A DNA stretch of 64,000 nucleotides from Blastocystis sp. subtype 4. Lineage: Eukaryota. Positions 29,090 to 39,354 of the stretch are shown here, in pieces. Within the stretch, counting starts at the first letter, position 1. Every line of letters begins with the position of its first letter. The stretch spans positions 1 to 64,000 of the forward strand of contig NW_014569537.1 of assembly GCF_000743755.1 (NCBI RefSeq), given 5' to 3'. The translations under genes were made by a program, and so were the position numbers. Below the pieces are notes generated by a model, which saw only the letters and a list, made by a program, of their open reading frames with translations, had not been told where the DNA came from and did no database searches.

Positions 29090-31357
29090 CTAATTAAATC
29101 TCGCGATGATGTACCATTTCATAGGAATATTTGATAGGAATCTCCTTGAGAGACATGAGGCATGTTTCCTAAGGATTTTATCCAGGTTGTCCTCATTGTA
29201 CCTGGAAACCATCTTATCACCATTAAAACATATACTTGGATCGATGGTATTCAAAGCTCGCAACCACTGAAGTCTCTTTTCATCGAAAGAATCAATACTT
29301 CTTCTCCAGATAGAATCAATATTAGCAATAGTAATTAGTATCACAACCACAATCACATACATCAATAATCCAATTCCTCCATAAAATACAACATTCGAAT
29401 TCTTATAGAAAAGGATAAAGAATAGAATGACATCAATAAATGGATGAAAGATGTATGTATGATAGTAGAAGAAAGAAACTATGGAATATACAAACATGAT
29501 AATGGATAAAGACATTCCAATCGTGGTATTCAATTCATTATTTAGAAAATGAGTTAGACAAACGAATGTGGCAGCATGTAAGCTTTCAACGACAATTGGG
29601 AAGTAAAACAATTCAGTATAACAATATATAAACACAACAGCAACAATACTCACAACAAGAAGACAAATGAACATGTAGAAGAAGGTAGTATATTTAAGAA
29701 GTGAGAGAAACTGAACAGATCCAACAGCTATCGAGATATACAGTCCATAGAATGGAAAAAATGGTAACATCCACTCAGCAATTTCATTCAGTGATAACCA
29801 GAATTTCACGTTACAGAAAAAGAATACAATGAACCCTATGAATCCAACTAGTGACGACCATCGAAACCATCCATAAGAATGAAATACAATGAACAGATAC
29901 ACAGTAATAAGGAGACAAAGGATTAGTGATATTACTAACAACAGACTACTTGCTGAATCAAGGAAGTGAACCCATACTCCTGATCGAATTGCTTGATGTC
30001 GAAGTGAACGTTCAACATCAAGGGTCACTCCACCTCGTTTTCCCCATTTGGGTAACTCAGTTTTACCTGGAACAATGGAGAATTCCCTTGATTCATAATC
30101 AATCCAACCGTTTGAAGTAAACAAATAACCCCATTCCCAGGTTCCATCAAAAATTGAAATTCCGTGATCATCCATTAGAGTACCGTATCCATTAGGAGCA
30201 TCTTCCTTCCATTCACCAGAATAAACTAGGATTCCATGAGAATACCATATTCCTTTACCACTCCGTTTATCACCAGAGAAATGACCTCGGTAAACAATTG
30301 TCACACCATCTTCCAAATACTCTATACCTTCTCCTTCACGATTAATCCATGACCACATTTCAGTATTTCCTGTTCTCTTAAAACCTCCTTCATATCGTAA
30401 TTCTCCATCATTTCCATAGACACGCATCACATCACAATTAATGTCAACCATTGTTCTAAGTTCTCTGCCATTGATCCATTTTGTTACCTTAACCAATTCA
30501 TTGTTTTTAAAGTAATTACATCTCCCCATACGTATATTATGTGAATCGATCTGATACACTTTAACATACATATTTGTACTCACTTCTCTAACAATTTTCC
30601 AATTTGCTTGTTCTCTAATATACCATAAACGTTTATCTTCTTCAAAGAGACCTTCATACACTAACTTACCCGAGTCATCAAATTCACGACCATATCCTTC
30701 TCTACAGAAAAGGGTATTCACGTCATGGTTATAACTCCCTTCATATATAGTCTTTCCTTGAGTATTGTATTTAATCATTACATCTCCTTGGAACTTAGCA
30801 CAAACATACTTTGTTTTGCCGTTTTCCATTAATTCGTATCTCACAACTTCCCCATTCTCAAAGAAGAAACAACGACCATGCTTCAACGTCAAATGGGAAT
30901 CATATTCGGATATTGTTAACAGAGCTCCATCCATAGAGTATTCTTCCCAAAATCCCTCCATCCCATCTCTAGGACGAAAGAGCGAATACTTCTCTTGATC
31001 CTTATAATATCCACTAAAAATACGCACTCCAGCCTCGTTAAATTCGTCACAAAACCCTTCTTTCTCCCCATTCACCATCTCACCTCGGAAGCGAACTATT
31101 CCATTGCCATCTCGAATAATACATGGACCAGTAACTTCATCATTCCAAAAAGTTAGTTGGGCACAAACAAGATTATGAGAATCGTATAGAGTGGCTTCTC
31201 CCTCCTTCTTTCCATAGACCCATTTTGCTCGAAGAGAGTACTGTTCACTACCTTTCTGATAATATGCAATCCCAATTCCATTCGGAGGCCAACCTTGATC
31301 GTATACGGTCATAGATAGAAACTGATAATCCTTCATAAACCCTCCCTGCTGACTCAT
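29090..31357 (-). CDS. Intronless MORN-like repeat protein with multi-TM C-terminal half
   Basis: Repeated YEG.F/W..G.G.EY units, then a long hydrophobic block; 755 aa ORF. Confidence 0.8.
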   Translation of the reverse strand: MSQQGGFMKDYQFLSMTVYDQGWPPNGIGIAYYQKGSEQYSLRAKWVYGKKEGEATLYDSHNLVCAQLTFWNDEVTGPCIIRDGNGIVRFRGEMVNGEKEGFCDEFNEAGVRIFSGYYKDQEKYSLFRPRDGMEGFWEEYSMDGALLTISEYDSHLTLKHGRCFFFENGEVVRYELMENGKTKYVCAKFQGDVMIKYNTQGKTIYEGSYNHDVNTLFCREGYGREFDDSGKLVYEGLFEEDKRLWYIREQANWKIVREVSTNMYVKVYQIDSHNIRMGRCNYFKNNELVKVTKWINGRELRTMVDINCDVMRVYGNDGELRYEGGFKRTGNTEMWSWINREGEGIEYLEDGVTIVYRGHFSGDKRSGKGIWYSHGILVYSGEWKEDAPNGYGTLMDDHGISIFDGTWEWGYLFTSNGWIDYESREFSIVPGKTELPKWGKRGGVTLDVERSLRHQAIRSGVWVHFLDSASSLLLVISLILCLLITVYLFIVFHSYGWFRWSSLVGFIGFIVFFFCNVKFWLSLNEIAEWMLPFFPFYGLYISIAVGSVQFLSLLKYTTFFYMFICLLVVSIVAVVFIYCYTELFYFPIVVESLHAATFVCLTHFLNNELNTTIGMSLSIIMFVYSIVSFFYYHTYIFHPFIDVILFFILFYKNSNVVFYGGIGLLMYVIVVVILITIANIDSIWRRSIDSFDEKRLQWLRALNTIDPSICFNGDKMVSRYNEDNLDKILRKHASCLSRRFLSNIPMKWYIIARFN

Positions 31358-32052
31358 CTTCGATAAGCAAAATGACCGACGAGTTTTTCGGATGGCTCAA
31401 TTTCAGTGCAATGCTGAACTCAACGAATATGGATTTCTCAGTTGTTATTTAGTTTGTATACCCTCATCTCTCTTTGAATTAGATTTATTATAGTATTTGT
31501 ATGTTCACCTTGTATTGATAGTTATTCCTTGACAATAGCAGATATGCCTTTAGTAACATTCAAACTACAATCGAATATCAGAGTAAAATAATAAGTCACT
31601 TGGTAGATCGAGAGCATGATTTTAGTATGTCCAAAACAACTGAATATTAATTGCATATTTAATGATGCTAATGTAACATAAACCAACAATTTTATAGTTT
31701 GAAAGCAAGTTATCTTGTCTAACCAAATGGGACAGTTATTGCCTAAATTCTTAGCTGACAATCTCTTCTTAACTTTATCTAAAAGAATTCGTGTTCAGTT
31801 CGGAGTTTTCTATGTGATTGTAAATCCTCTTTGGCATGGTCTTTACTTAGTAGTCTGATCTAGCTAAGAGAAAGGAATGAATAACAAGAGATAGAGCAAC
31901 AATTATCCATGTTGGGCTCAAGTTATTGAATGACACGGTTCAAATCACGTTATTTGATTGGATAACATTATTCACAAGTCCTGTGAACCACAACATGTGA
32001 ATAGCAGAGATGTTATCTCATTATTCCTTTATCTCATCTTCTGAAAAGCAAA

Positions 32053-33594
32053 ATGGCTGATAAGAAAAAGAATAACGCCAACATTATCATGGCTTTCGTG
32101 ACTGTATTCTTTGATATGATGAACAATGCACTGGTTACCCCTATTCTTCCATATCTTGTACAAGAGATGAATAGTACCAGTATGGAAGAGGGTATCCTAT
32201 ATAGTAGTTATGCAGTGATGCAATTGATAAGTACTATCTATTGGAGAGTTTTTAGTGTAGGCTTGTTAATCATGGGTCCGTTGAGTGATAAGTATGGACG
32301 AAAGCCGTTTCTCATTCTATCATTAATTGGATCGTGCTTTGGTTCTCTTTTCCAAGGTCTTTCTCGTAACATGCTCTCATTGATCATTTGGAGAGCGTTT
32401 ACTGGATTATTTGCTGGTTCTCTGATTCTAGTTCAAGCAGTAATTGCGGATCTTGTTCCAGGTGATCAAAGAAGCATTTACATTACAAGATTGGAAGCTT
32501 GCAACTCAGCAGCCTATATTGTAGGACCTGCTATCGGAGGTATTCTTGGTCAAATCAGCTATCAAACTCCACTGTATGTGTTCATGCTCTCATTCATCAT
32601 AGTCTCTTTGCTGGAGGTGCTTCTGGAATTGCTCTTCTTTTAGGGTTTTTCTTCTTGAAAGAATCCAATCCACAAGTCCTTGACGAAGAAGGTCATTATC
32701 ATGTTATGAAAACCACAAAGACAAAAACCTCTCGAATTCGTCCAAAACTCACCTCAATCATGGTCATGTGTTTCTTATCCGAGTTTTGTGTACGTTGGGC
32801 TCTCAGTGCTTACAATTCACGTTATGGGTTCTACATTTCGGATCGTTGGCAAGTCCCTTCTACCACATTCAGTACAGTCATTGTATTTCAAAGTGTCTGG
32901 TGCGCTATAATTCAATACTTCATCTATCCATGGTTGACTAGTACTCTTGGGATCCCAATTCCTTATCTGGCTGTTGTGGGATATGTAATTATGATTGCAG
33001 CATATATAGGAATGGCAGCGAGTCCTGTAGCATGGGGTTCCTTGATGTGTTCAGTTCTTCTCTGGACTGGAAACAATTTGGCTTCTCCTTCTTCAGTAGC
33101 TATCATTAGTGTGAGTGGTTTGATTACTATATGATCACTAGACATCCAATCGTCAAGAGATACAAGGCGAAGTATTATCGTGGAACAACTTCTGTTATCA
33201 GGGTTCATTGATTGTGGCTCCATTGATCCTGTCGGCTGTATATACGAGGAATCGAGATGCCACATATTATTTATCAGCAGGTGTGGCTACTCTTGGTACA
33301 ATCGTAATGACAACAATTGCCTGTCGCAAGGATGCCAAAGTATTGGGAAAACAGAATATCATTGATGTACGCGAACGATCAAATTCACAGAACTCTAATG
33401 GAAAGGATGCGAAATCTGATATGGATGTGGAGATGAGTCCTGTTCAAGGAGTCTCTGAAAGTAATGTGAGTAAAGAGACGGATAGTACTCAACCTACTTC
33501 AAGTCAAGTGAGTGTGGAGATGAATCCTGCACCCACCACTACTTCGAGTGAACCAGTAATTGTTAGCATTAGTCAAACCGCTATTTCAGCTTAG
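32053..33594 (+). CDS. MFS transporter (DHA1/TetA-like)
   Basis: FFDMMNNALVTPILPY, motif A GPLSDKYGRKP, AYIVGPAIGG. Confidence 0.9.
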
Positions 33595-33645
33595 TCCTTT
33601 TAGCTAGTGTTCTGTTTGTTTATATAATCACTTAACAAACAATCC

Positions 33646-35123
33646 ATTCCTTAGCAGAAGCCAACTCAATATCACTATTCGAATTTGATTGTGATTTAGA
33701 ATTCTCCAGTTCTTCTCGAGATGTTCTTCCCAGCATTTTCCCTCCAGGAGTACGAGAAATCCAAAACATACAAATGACCACAATCAATCCGAAACATCCA
33801 GATACCAGAAACGGAGTATTCAGCTTATGCTTACTCAATTGAGCCATTGCTAAAGGAGCACAAATCATGGCAATCTGTCCTGCCATCATATTATAGCTCA
33901 ACACTTCTCCTTGAACAGAAGCATCAGAATAGGACTATATATGAATTCTATTATAGATTCATACACTTATTATACTAGATGGAGCAGAAGTAGAAAGACT
34001 ATAACCAATCTCCATCAGAAATGATCCAAACATAGCTCCTGGTAAACTCTTTGATAAACCCATAATGAGATTTGATACAACTAGAGTGAAAATCATGAAC
34101 CAGAGATACATTGAAAGAATCCCGCCATCAGACTAATGTACGGAATTGGCATGTTCAAATTGAAAATCAAAAAAGGAATAACAAGTACATTTAGAACACA
34201 ACTGAGAATTCCCAAACCTGTCACCAAAAATCTATGTCAAAGTCATGCAAAAATCATACGAAAAATGGAGTTCCTTTAATCCAAATGTTTCTTGAGCATA
34301 GGAATTGAAATACGAATCCCATCCATTAATCTGCCAACGATTGCAGAATTCGACAATCATACACAGAATCTTAGCATTAATAGTATCAACAAGAATTACG
34401 ACTACTATAGGAAACATCCTCCTACATTGTCGTGGTTTCTTTTCTTTCTTTGGATTTGACTTCTTCTGAACTGCTTTTGTGTCCAGAGACTCATTTAAAC
34501 AGAAACATACAAAGATCAGAGCAATTCCAGCAATAATGCCTGCAGCTATAAACGGTGTTCCATATGTAATTTGACCCAAAAAGCCACCCAGTGCAGGTCC
34601 AAAGATATACGCAGCAGCTAGAAACGCTTCTAACCGTGCCAAATACTTTGGACGTTCTTCTGTAGTAGTACAATCAGCAATATATCTATTCTAAACAGGA
34701 ATCAGAGAAAACTACGCTTGTGCGACAATCCAACTTCCTGCAAACAGACCTGTAATACATCTGAAAACAATTAGTGCAGTAATTGACCTAGATAAACCCT
34801 GTGCAACTGCTCCTAACTGTCAGAATCAAATGAAATACAAACCTAATGAAGAACCTAACAGAGATAATACAATCAGTGGTTTGCGACCAATACGATCGCT
34901 CAACTGTCCCATGTATAAATAACCTTCATTACAGAGAGAAACCAATCCTACTTATAAATTGAGTAACAGCGTAGCTGGAGAATAAAAGACTCAGATCATC
35001 CACATCACCTCCAAGACTCTCATTCAATGATGCCATGATAGGAAGAACAATCGAGTAACCAAGAATATCAAGATGAACAGTGATATCAACAAGATACAGA
35101 TCAATGTCTTTTCGTGATATCAT
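33646..35123 (-). CDS. MFS transporter (DHA1/TetA-like), paralog of its neighbour; stop likely made by poly(A)
   Basis: LDILGYSIVLPIM, GQLSDRIGRKP, AYIFGPALGG; the in-frame T at 33646 lies 4 nt before TGTTTGTT. Confidence 0.88.
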
Positions 35124-35245
35124 TGCGAATAAACAACAAATAGTAAGACTCTTATTAAAGTTCCACGGTTTCCCTTTTTTCAAGAATGTCACAATATCTT
35201 TGCTACCAATTCTGTCATTGTTTCTGTCATTTTCTTATCGTATTT

Positions 35246-36171
35246 CTACAAATCAAATGAATCAGGAAACCCAACAAGAAGCATTTCTTCAGGAACCCCC
35301 TTCAGAGACAACATCGAATCATCCAGATAATACTTGCGCAGATGATGGGCTAGATTTGTCTTGAAATAACTCAAGAATAATGGAGATTGAAGTAGAGTCT
35401 CAGATACATCATTGGTAATTCCTGCAAAGGATCGAAGCGACTGTACACGATCCTGAATACGTCCAAACTGAGCCAAAACAAAGGCATCTGCCATATCATA
35501 ACATTCATCTGCAAAGCCACTACTTCGTTTCTTTTGCGGCCATTGGATCTGGTCTCCAACTTTTTCACGTACATAAGCAAACACAGCCTCCTTTGTGTCC
35601 TCACGATTGCCTGCAGATTTCAATGATAGTACAGATCGAGCTGTAGAAGGATGAACACATATTGGCTGTCTCCCGAGCCTCTCCCACATTCGAAATTGTA
35701 TGATTCCATTGATCTCAGCAAGATAGAAGAGACTCTGAGTTCGAAAAGTATTGGATCCAAACATTTGAAGGTATTTCTCGATCACTACATTCCATTGATT
35801 AGAGTCTGGATCAATTTGATCGATTGTTGATTGAATCGATTGCAAAATGGTACTTGCTGAAAGAATACTGTTTCCTTTGCAAGAATGGTCTGGTTTCATT
35901 GCTTTACATGCGAGAACTTGACCTTGTGTTGATAATGCCATTTAATCCTACCTTGATCCGACAAGACACATATACCAGTGGATCGAGAGCTGATATCAAG
36001 TCCAAGATGATATGCATGACCGTGAACGTTATTGATTTGATTCTGGACGAACGTTTCCACAATAGTTTTAGAAGGCCATAGCTTTTTGTATCGGTTGAAT
36101 TCCTCCACTGAGGCAAAGATAGAACTGCGTTTGAGAAAAGTCTCAACGACAGTCGAAGAGGAGGGAAGCAT
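35246..36171 (-). CDS. RuvC-like (RNase H fold) Holliday-junction resolvase-like nuclease
   Basis: LGLDISSRSTG, VVIE, VHPSTAR..TKEAV, YDMADAFVLA; one 29-nt intron joins the two ORF pieces. Confidence 0.72.
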
Positions 36172-36219
36172 TCAGTTCAACGTCACCGTATAACCAACAA
36201 ACAACGAAGGACAACAAGA

Positions 36220-38085
36220 TCAAAGACGCTGAAGATAATCTTTCCACTGAATCATCTTTGCTTCGATACTTCGAAGCTCCTTCAAAGACTTGGAACTCAA
36301 TTTACTATCCGCATTACAGTTAACAAAACTCATAATCTCAGCATGCGTGATCATAGGCATTCTTGTTTGTTTCTCCTGTATTCGCATTCGCAATTCATCA
36401 AAATCTGACTGAACCTGGTTCACAAGGAATGACCTTTCGCTTATTTGTTTATCAAGTAAGCGGTCTTTCTGATGATCATTCTTCAACATCTCCTTCTCCT
36501 CTTCACTTAAGTTCGTTACTTCCTTCTCAATGTTAACCGTAATCCAATCCTCCGTTCCCACCACTCTCGCAGATACGTGAAGCATGAACTCACTATCAAC
36601 TACCATCTTCACTTCAACTCGAACTCCTCCTGCAGGACCTTTCGGTAAATTCGGTACAAAGAAATCTCCAATAACCGCATTATTGGTACAAAGTGGATCA
36701 TCGCCCTGATACACGATGATGCGAATCTGGGACTGATCCTTATATCTCGTGCGATACATTCTAAAATACTCTTTGTTAAGAGGTGTATTTCGACAAATGA
36801 TTGGACTAAACCGAGATTTATCAACTTCGATTCCATATGACATTGGAACTACGTCTGTTATTGTGGACGGAATATCTAATAACACTCTATAATCATCCAG
36901 AGAATCAAGAAAATTGTCATCTTCAACAAGCTCACTTGAACCTCGTAATCGATTTCTTGTATAGGCATACAAAGTTGCTCCTTTTGCTACTGCTTCATCC
37001 GGATTAATCTCCTTGCTGATTTTCTCCTTTCCAAATATTTTCCCCAATCGTTCATAGATTATTGGAATCTTACTCGAACCTCCAATCAATACAACTTTAT
37101 CAATCTTATCAGGTGATAGATTCAATTCCTGCATCAACTTCGTCACCATCGTAATTGTCTTATTAAAGATACTCATACATCGTCCTTCAAATTCGTTTCT
37201 CGTAATTGTGATTCCGCCTGTAATTCCATCATAGCAGTCACCAATATCCACTTCCTTCAATGAAGACAACATTATCTTGGCTTGCTCTGCTGCATCTCGA
37301 ACTTTTTCTTGATTGCGTGGTATGGTAAAATCGATATTCTGATCAGCCAAACGCTCTTGAATCAAACTAGCCATAATCCGATCCAGGTCAACTCCTCCAC
37401 AATGACTATCACCCGAATAGCCAAGTACTTCGTCACGATCTTCACTAATTTTGAGGATTGTTACATCGAAGGTCCCACCACCAAGATCATACACAAGAAT
37501 GGTTTGGTCTATTCCTTTGTGTTCGAACCCATAAGCAATAGCTGCAGCAGCTGGTTCGTTCAACACAGTAACAACTTCGTATCCGGCAATCTCTCCAGCA
37601 TCCCGAGTGGCTCTCCGTTGCTTTTCACTAAAATAAGCAGGGCATGTAATGACTATTTCATTGATTATACCATCCGTTGCCTTCTTTGCCATTTCTACCA
37701 AATAACTTATCAACTTTGCACTAATAGCTTCAGGACAATAGTATTTTGTCACATCATCTATCGTAATTGGGATTCGAGGATTGTCATCCACAGTGGGAAT
37801 TACCTTGAAATTCCAGTTATGAATCTCATCTTGAACTTCCGAAGATGAGTACTTCTTGCCAATGATTCTTTTTACTTCATAAACTACGTTGGGATCACCA
37901 GATCGCCGATAACGCTTCGCTGCTTCACCATATCTCATTCCATTTCTTGTAAATGCGACTACAGATGGAGTTACCCTAGATCCAGCCGTATCCTGAACAA
38001 TACAAACGCGATCGTCTCTGATAACTCCAATACAGGAATTCGATGTTCCTAAGTCAATGCCTGCCACATATCGATTTCGAGCCAT
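36220..38085 (-). CDS. Divergent intronless Hsp70
   Basis: GIDLGTSNSC, TPSVVAF, LNEPAAAAIAYG, YDLGGGTFD, LIGGSSKIP, NPDEAVAKGA; no EEVD or KDEL end. Confidence 0.93.
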   Translation of the reverse strand: MARNRYVAGIDLGTSNSCIGVIRDDRVCIVQDTAGSRVTPSVVAFTRNGMRYGEAAKRYRRSGDPNVVYEVKRIIGKKYSSSEVQDEIHNWNFKVIPTVDDNPRIPITIDDVTKYYCPEAISAKLISYLVEMAKKATDGIINEIVITCPAYFSEKQRRATRDAGEIAGYEVVTVLNEPAAAAIAYGFEHKGIDQTILVYDLGGGTFDVTILKISEDRDEVLGYSGDSHCGGVDLDRIMASLIQERLADQNIDFTIPRNQEKVRDAAEQAKIMLSSLKEVDIGDCYDGITGGITITRNEFEGRCMSIFNKTITMVTKLMQELNLSPDKIDKVVLIGGSSKIPIIYERLGKIFGKEKISKEINPDEAVAKGATLYAYTRNRLRGSSELVEDDNFLDSLDDYRVLLDIPSTITDVVPMSYGIEVDKSRFSPIICRNTPLNKEYFRMYRTRYKDQSQIRIIVYQGDDPLCTNNAVIGDFFVPNLPKGPAGGVRVEVKMVVDSEFMLHVSARVVGTEDWITVNIEKEVTNLSEEEKEMLKNDHQKDRLLDKQISERSFLVNQVQSDFDELRMRIQEKQTRMPMITHAEIMSFVNCNADSKLSSKSLKELRSIEAKMIQWKDYLQRL

Positions 38086-38277
38086 TGACAAATGAGCCAA
38101 TTAATCCTATAATGAGAACGAGTTTTTGTTTACCAATCATTGTCTCAGTTATACAGTTTGTTGTCTTCTCAGGCTCTTTCCCGTAAAGACTGCTGCCTTC
38201 AGATTGCTTGTTTCGATTAAGTTCTGATCCGTTCCAACCTTTTCTTCGGGTTATACCAATCTTCTTTGGACTCGATA

Positions 38278-39187
38278 ATGTCACTGGACATGGATTCAGA
38301 GACAAATGATGACCATTCGGAGATTGATATGGGATTTCCGGATCAATCTCAGGAAGTCACCGATTTTCGGTTGGGATCTTCTTTTTTCGTGATTTGTAGT
38401 TGTGACCAGTGTGGAAAGTATTTTGCTGCATCAAGATCCCTAATTCTACACAAGAAGATCCATACTGGCATCAAACCCTTCGTATGTCCTGTAGAAGGAT
38501 GTGGAAAGTCATTTTATGTTCGTGCACAACTCACACGTCATTCCTATTCACATAGTAATGTGCGAACTGAAAAGTGTCCGTAGGCCTCTCAGACTTTGTG
38601 TAATACCTAGATTCAAGGATTGCACATCTCCTATTAAATTGTTTAAAACAAAAGCAGATGTGCGACAACATGTCAAGAATTGGCATACATTAGAAAAGTG
38701 TGAGCAACGTGAGTTGAAACTATTAAAGAAACTGGAAAAATATCGTCGTTTTGCAGATCAATACAAGAAGCTAAAAGATCAAAACAAGACACTTTTGGAA
38801 GAAAATCGCCGTCTGAAATCCTTCGTTGAGGGAACTGAAATGCCTTCTATGGTAACAACTGTACCTACCGATATTCCCAAAAAGCCGATTCCTGCCTTCA
38901 CACAGTTTCTACGGGAACAGTATGCATTAATGAAGAATGAAAAGCAAAAAAAGGTTCCATTTGTGGAGTGCTCCAAATTAGCAGCGAAGAAATGGTATGA
39001 ATTATCAGAAGAACAAAAACAGCCATATATTGTGCATTCCAATTCTTAATATGATTCATAGGATCGATTTCGGAAAGAGATGGATGAGTACGTAGAACTA
39101 CGTCGACAAGCCAAGAGTTCGCAATATGAGACTGTTTCTTCTGTTCCCTCTTATCAGAATGGTGTTTTATTGATCTGCAAACAGTGA
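38278..39187 (+). CDS. C2H2 zinc-finger plus HMG-box protein (3' end uncertain)
   Basis: CDQCGKYF..HKKIHTGIKPFVCPVEGCGKSF; HMG box PKKPIPAFTQF..AAKKWYELSEEQKQPY. Confidence 0.82.
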
Positions 39188-39354
39188 TTTCAAAGATAAG
39201 GAGTAATTTGTAGTTGTGGCTCAAGTGATGTTACTACAGTTACTGATCCAACTCATCCGTGTTTAGATTCATCACAACCATCGCTCTCATATCTAACTCT
39301 ACCAAATACAATGGAACCTCCTTTTCTTTCTCTTCTTTCTTTCAAACAAACATT

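Noticed and set aside
31360..32050. ncRNA or mobile element in the long spacer
   Set aside because: No terminal repeats, recognisable RNA motifs or credible ORF seen.
39121..39187. Poly(A)-made stop for the C2H2-HMG gene
   Set aside because: The TGTTTCTT spacing does not give a stop in the main frame; the 3' end is left uncertain.
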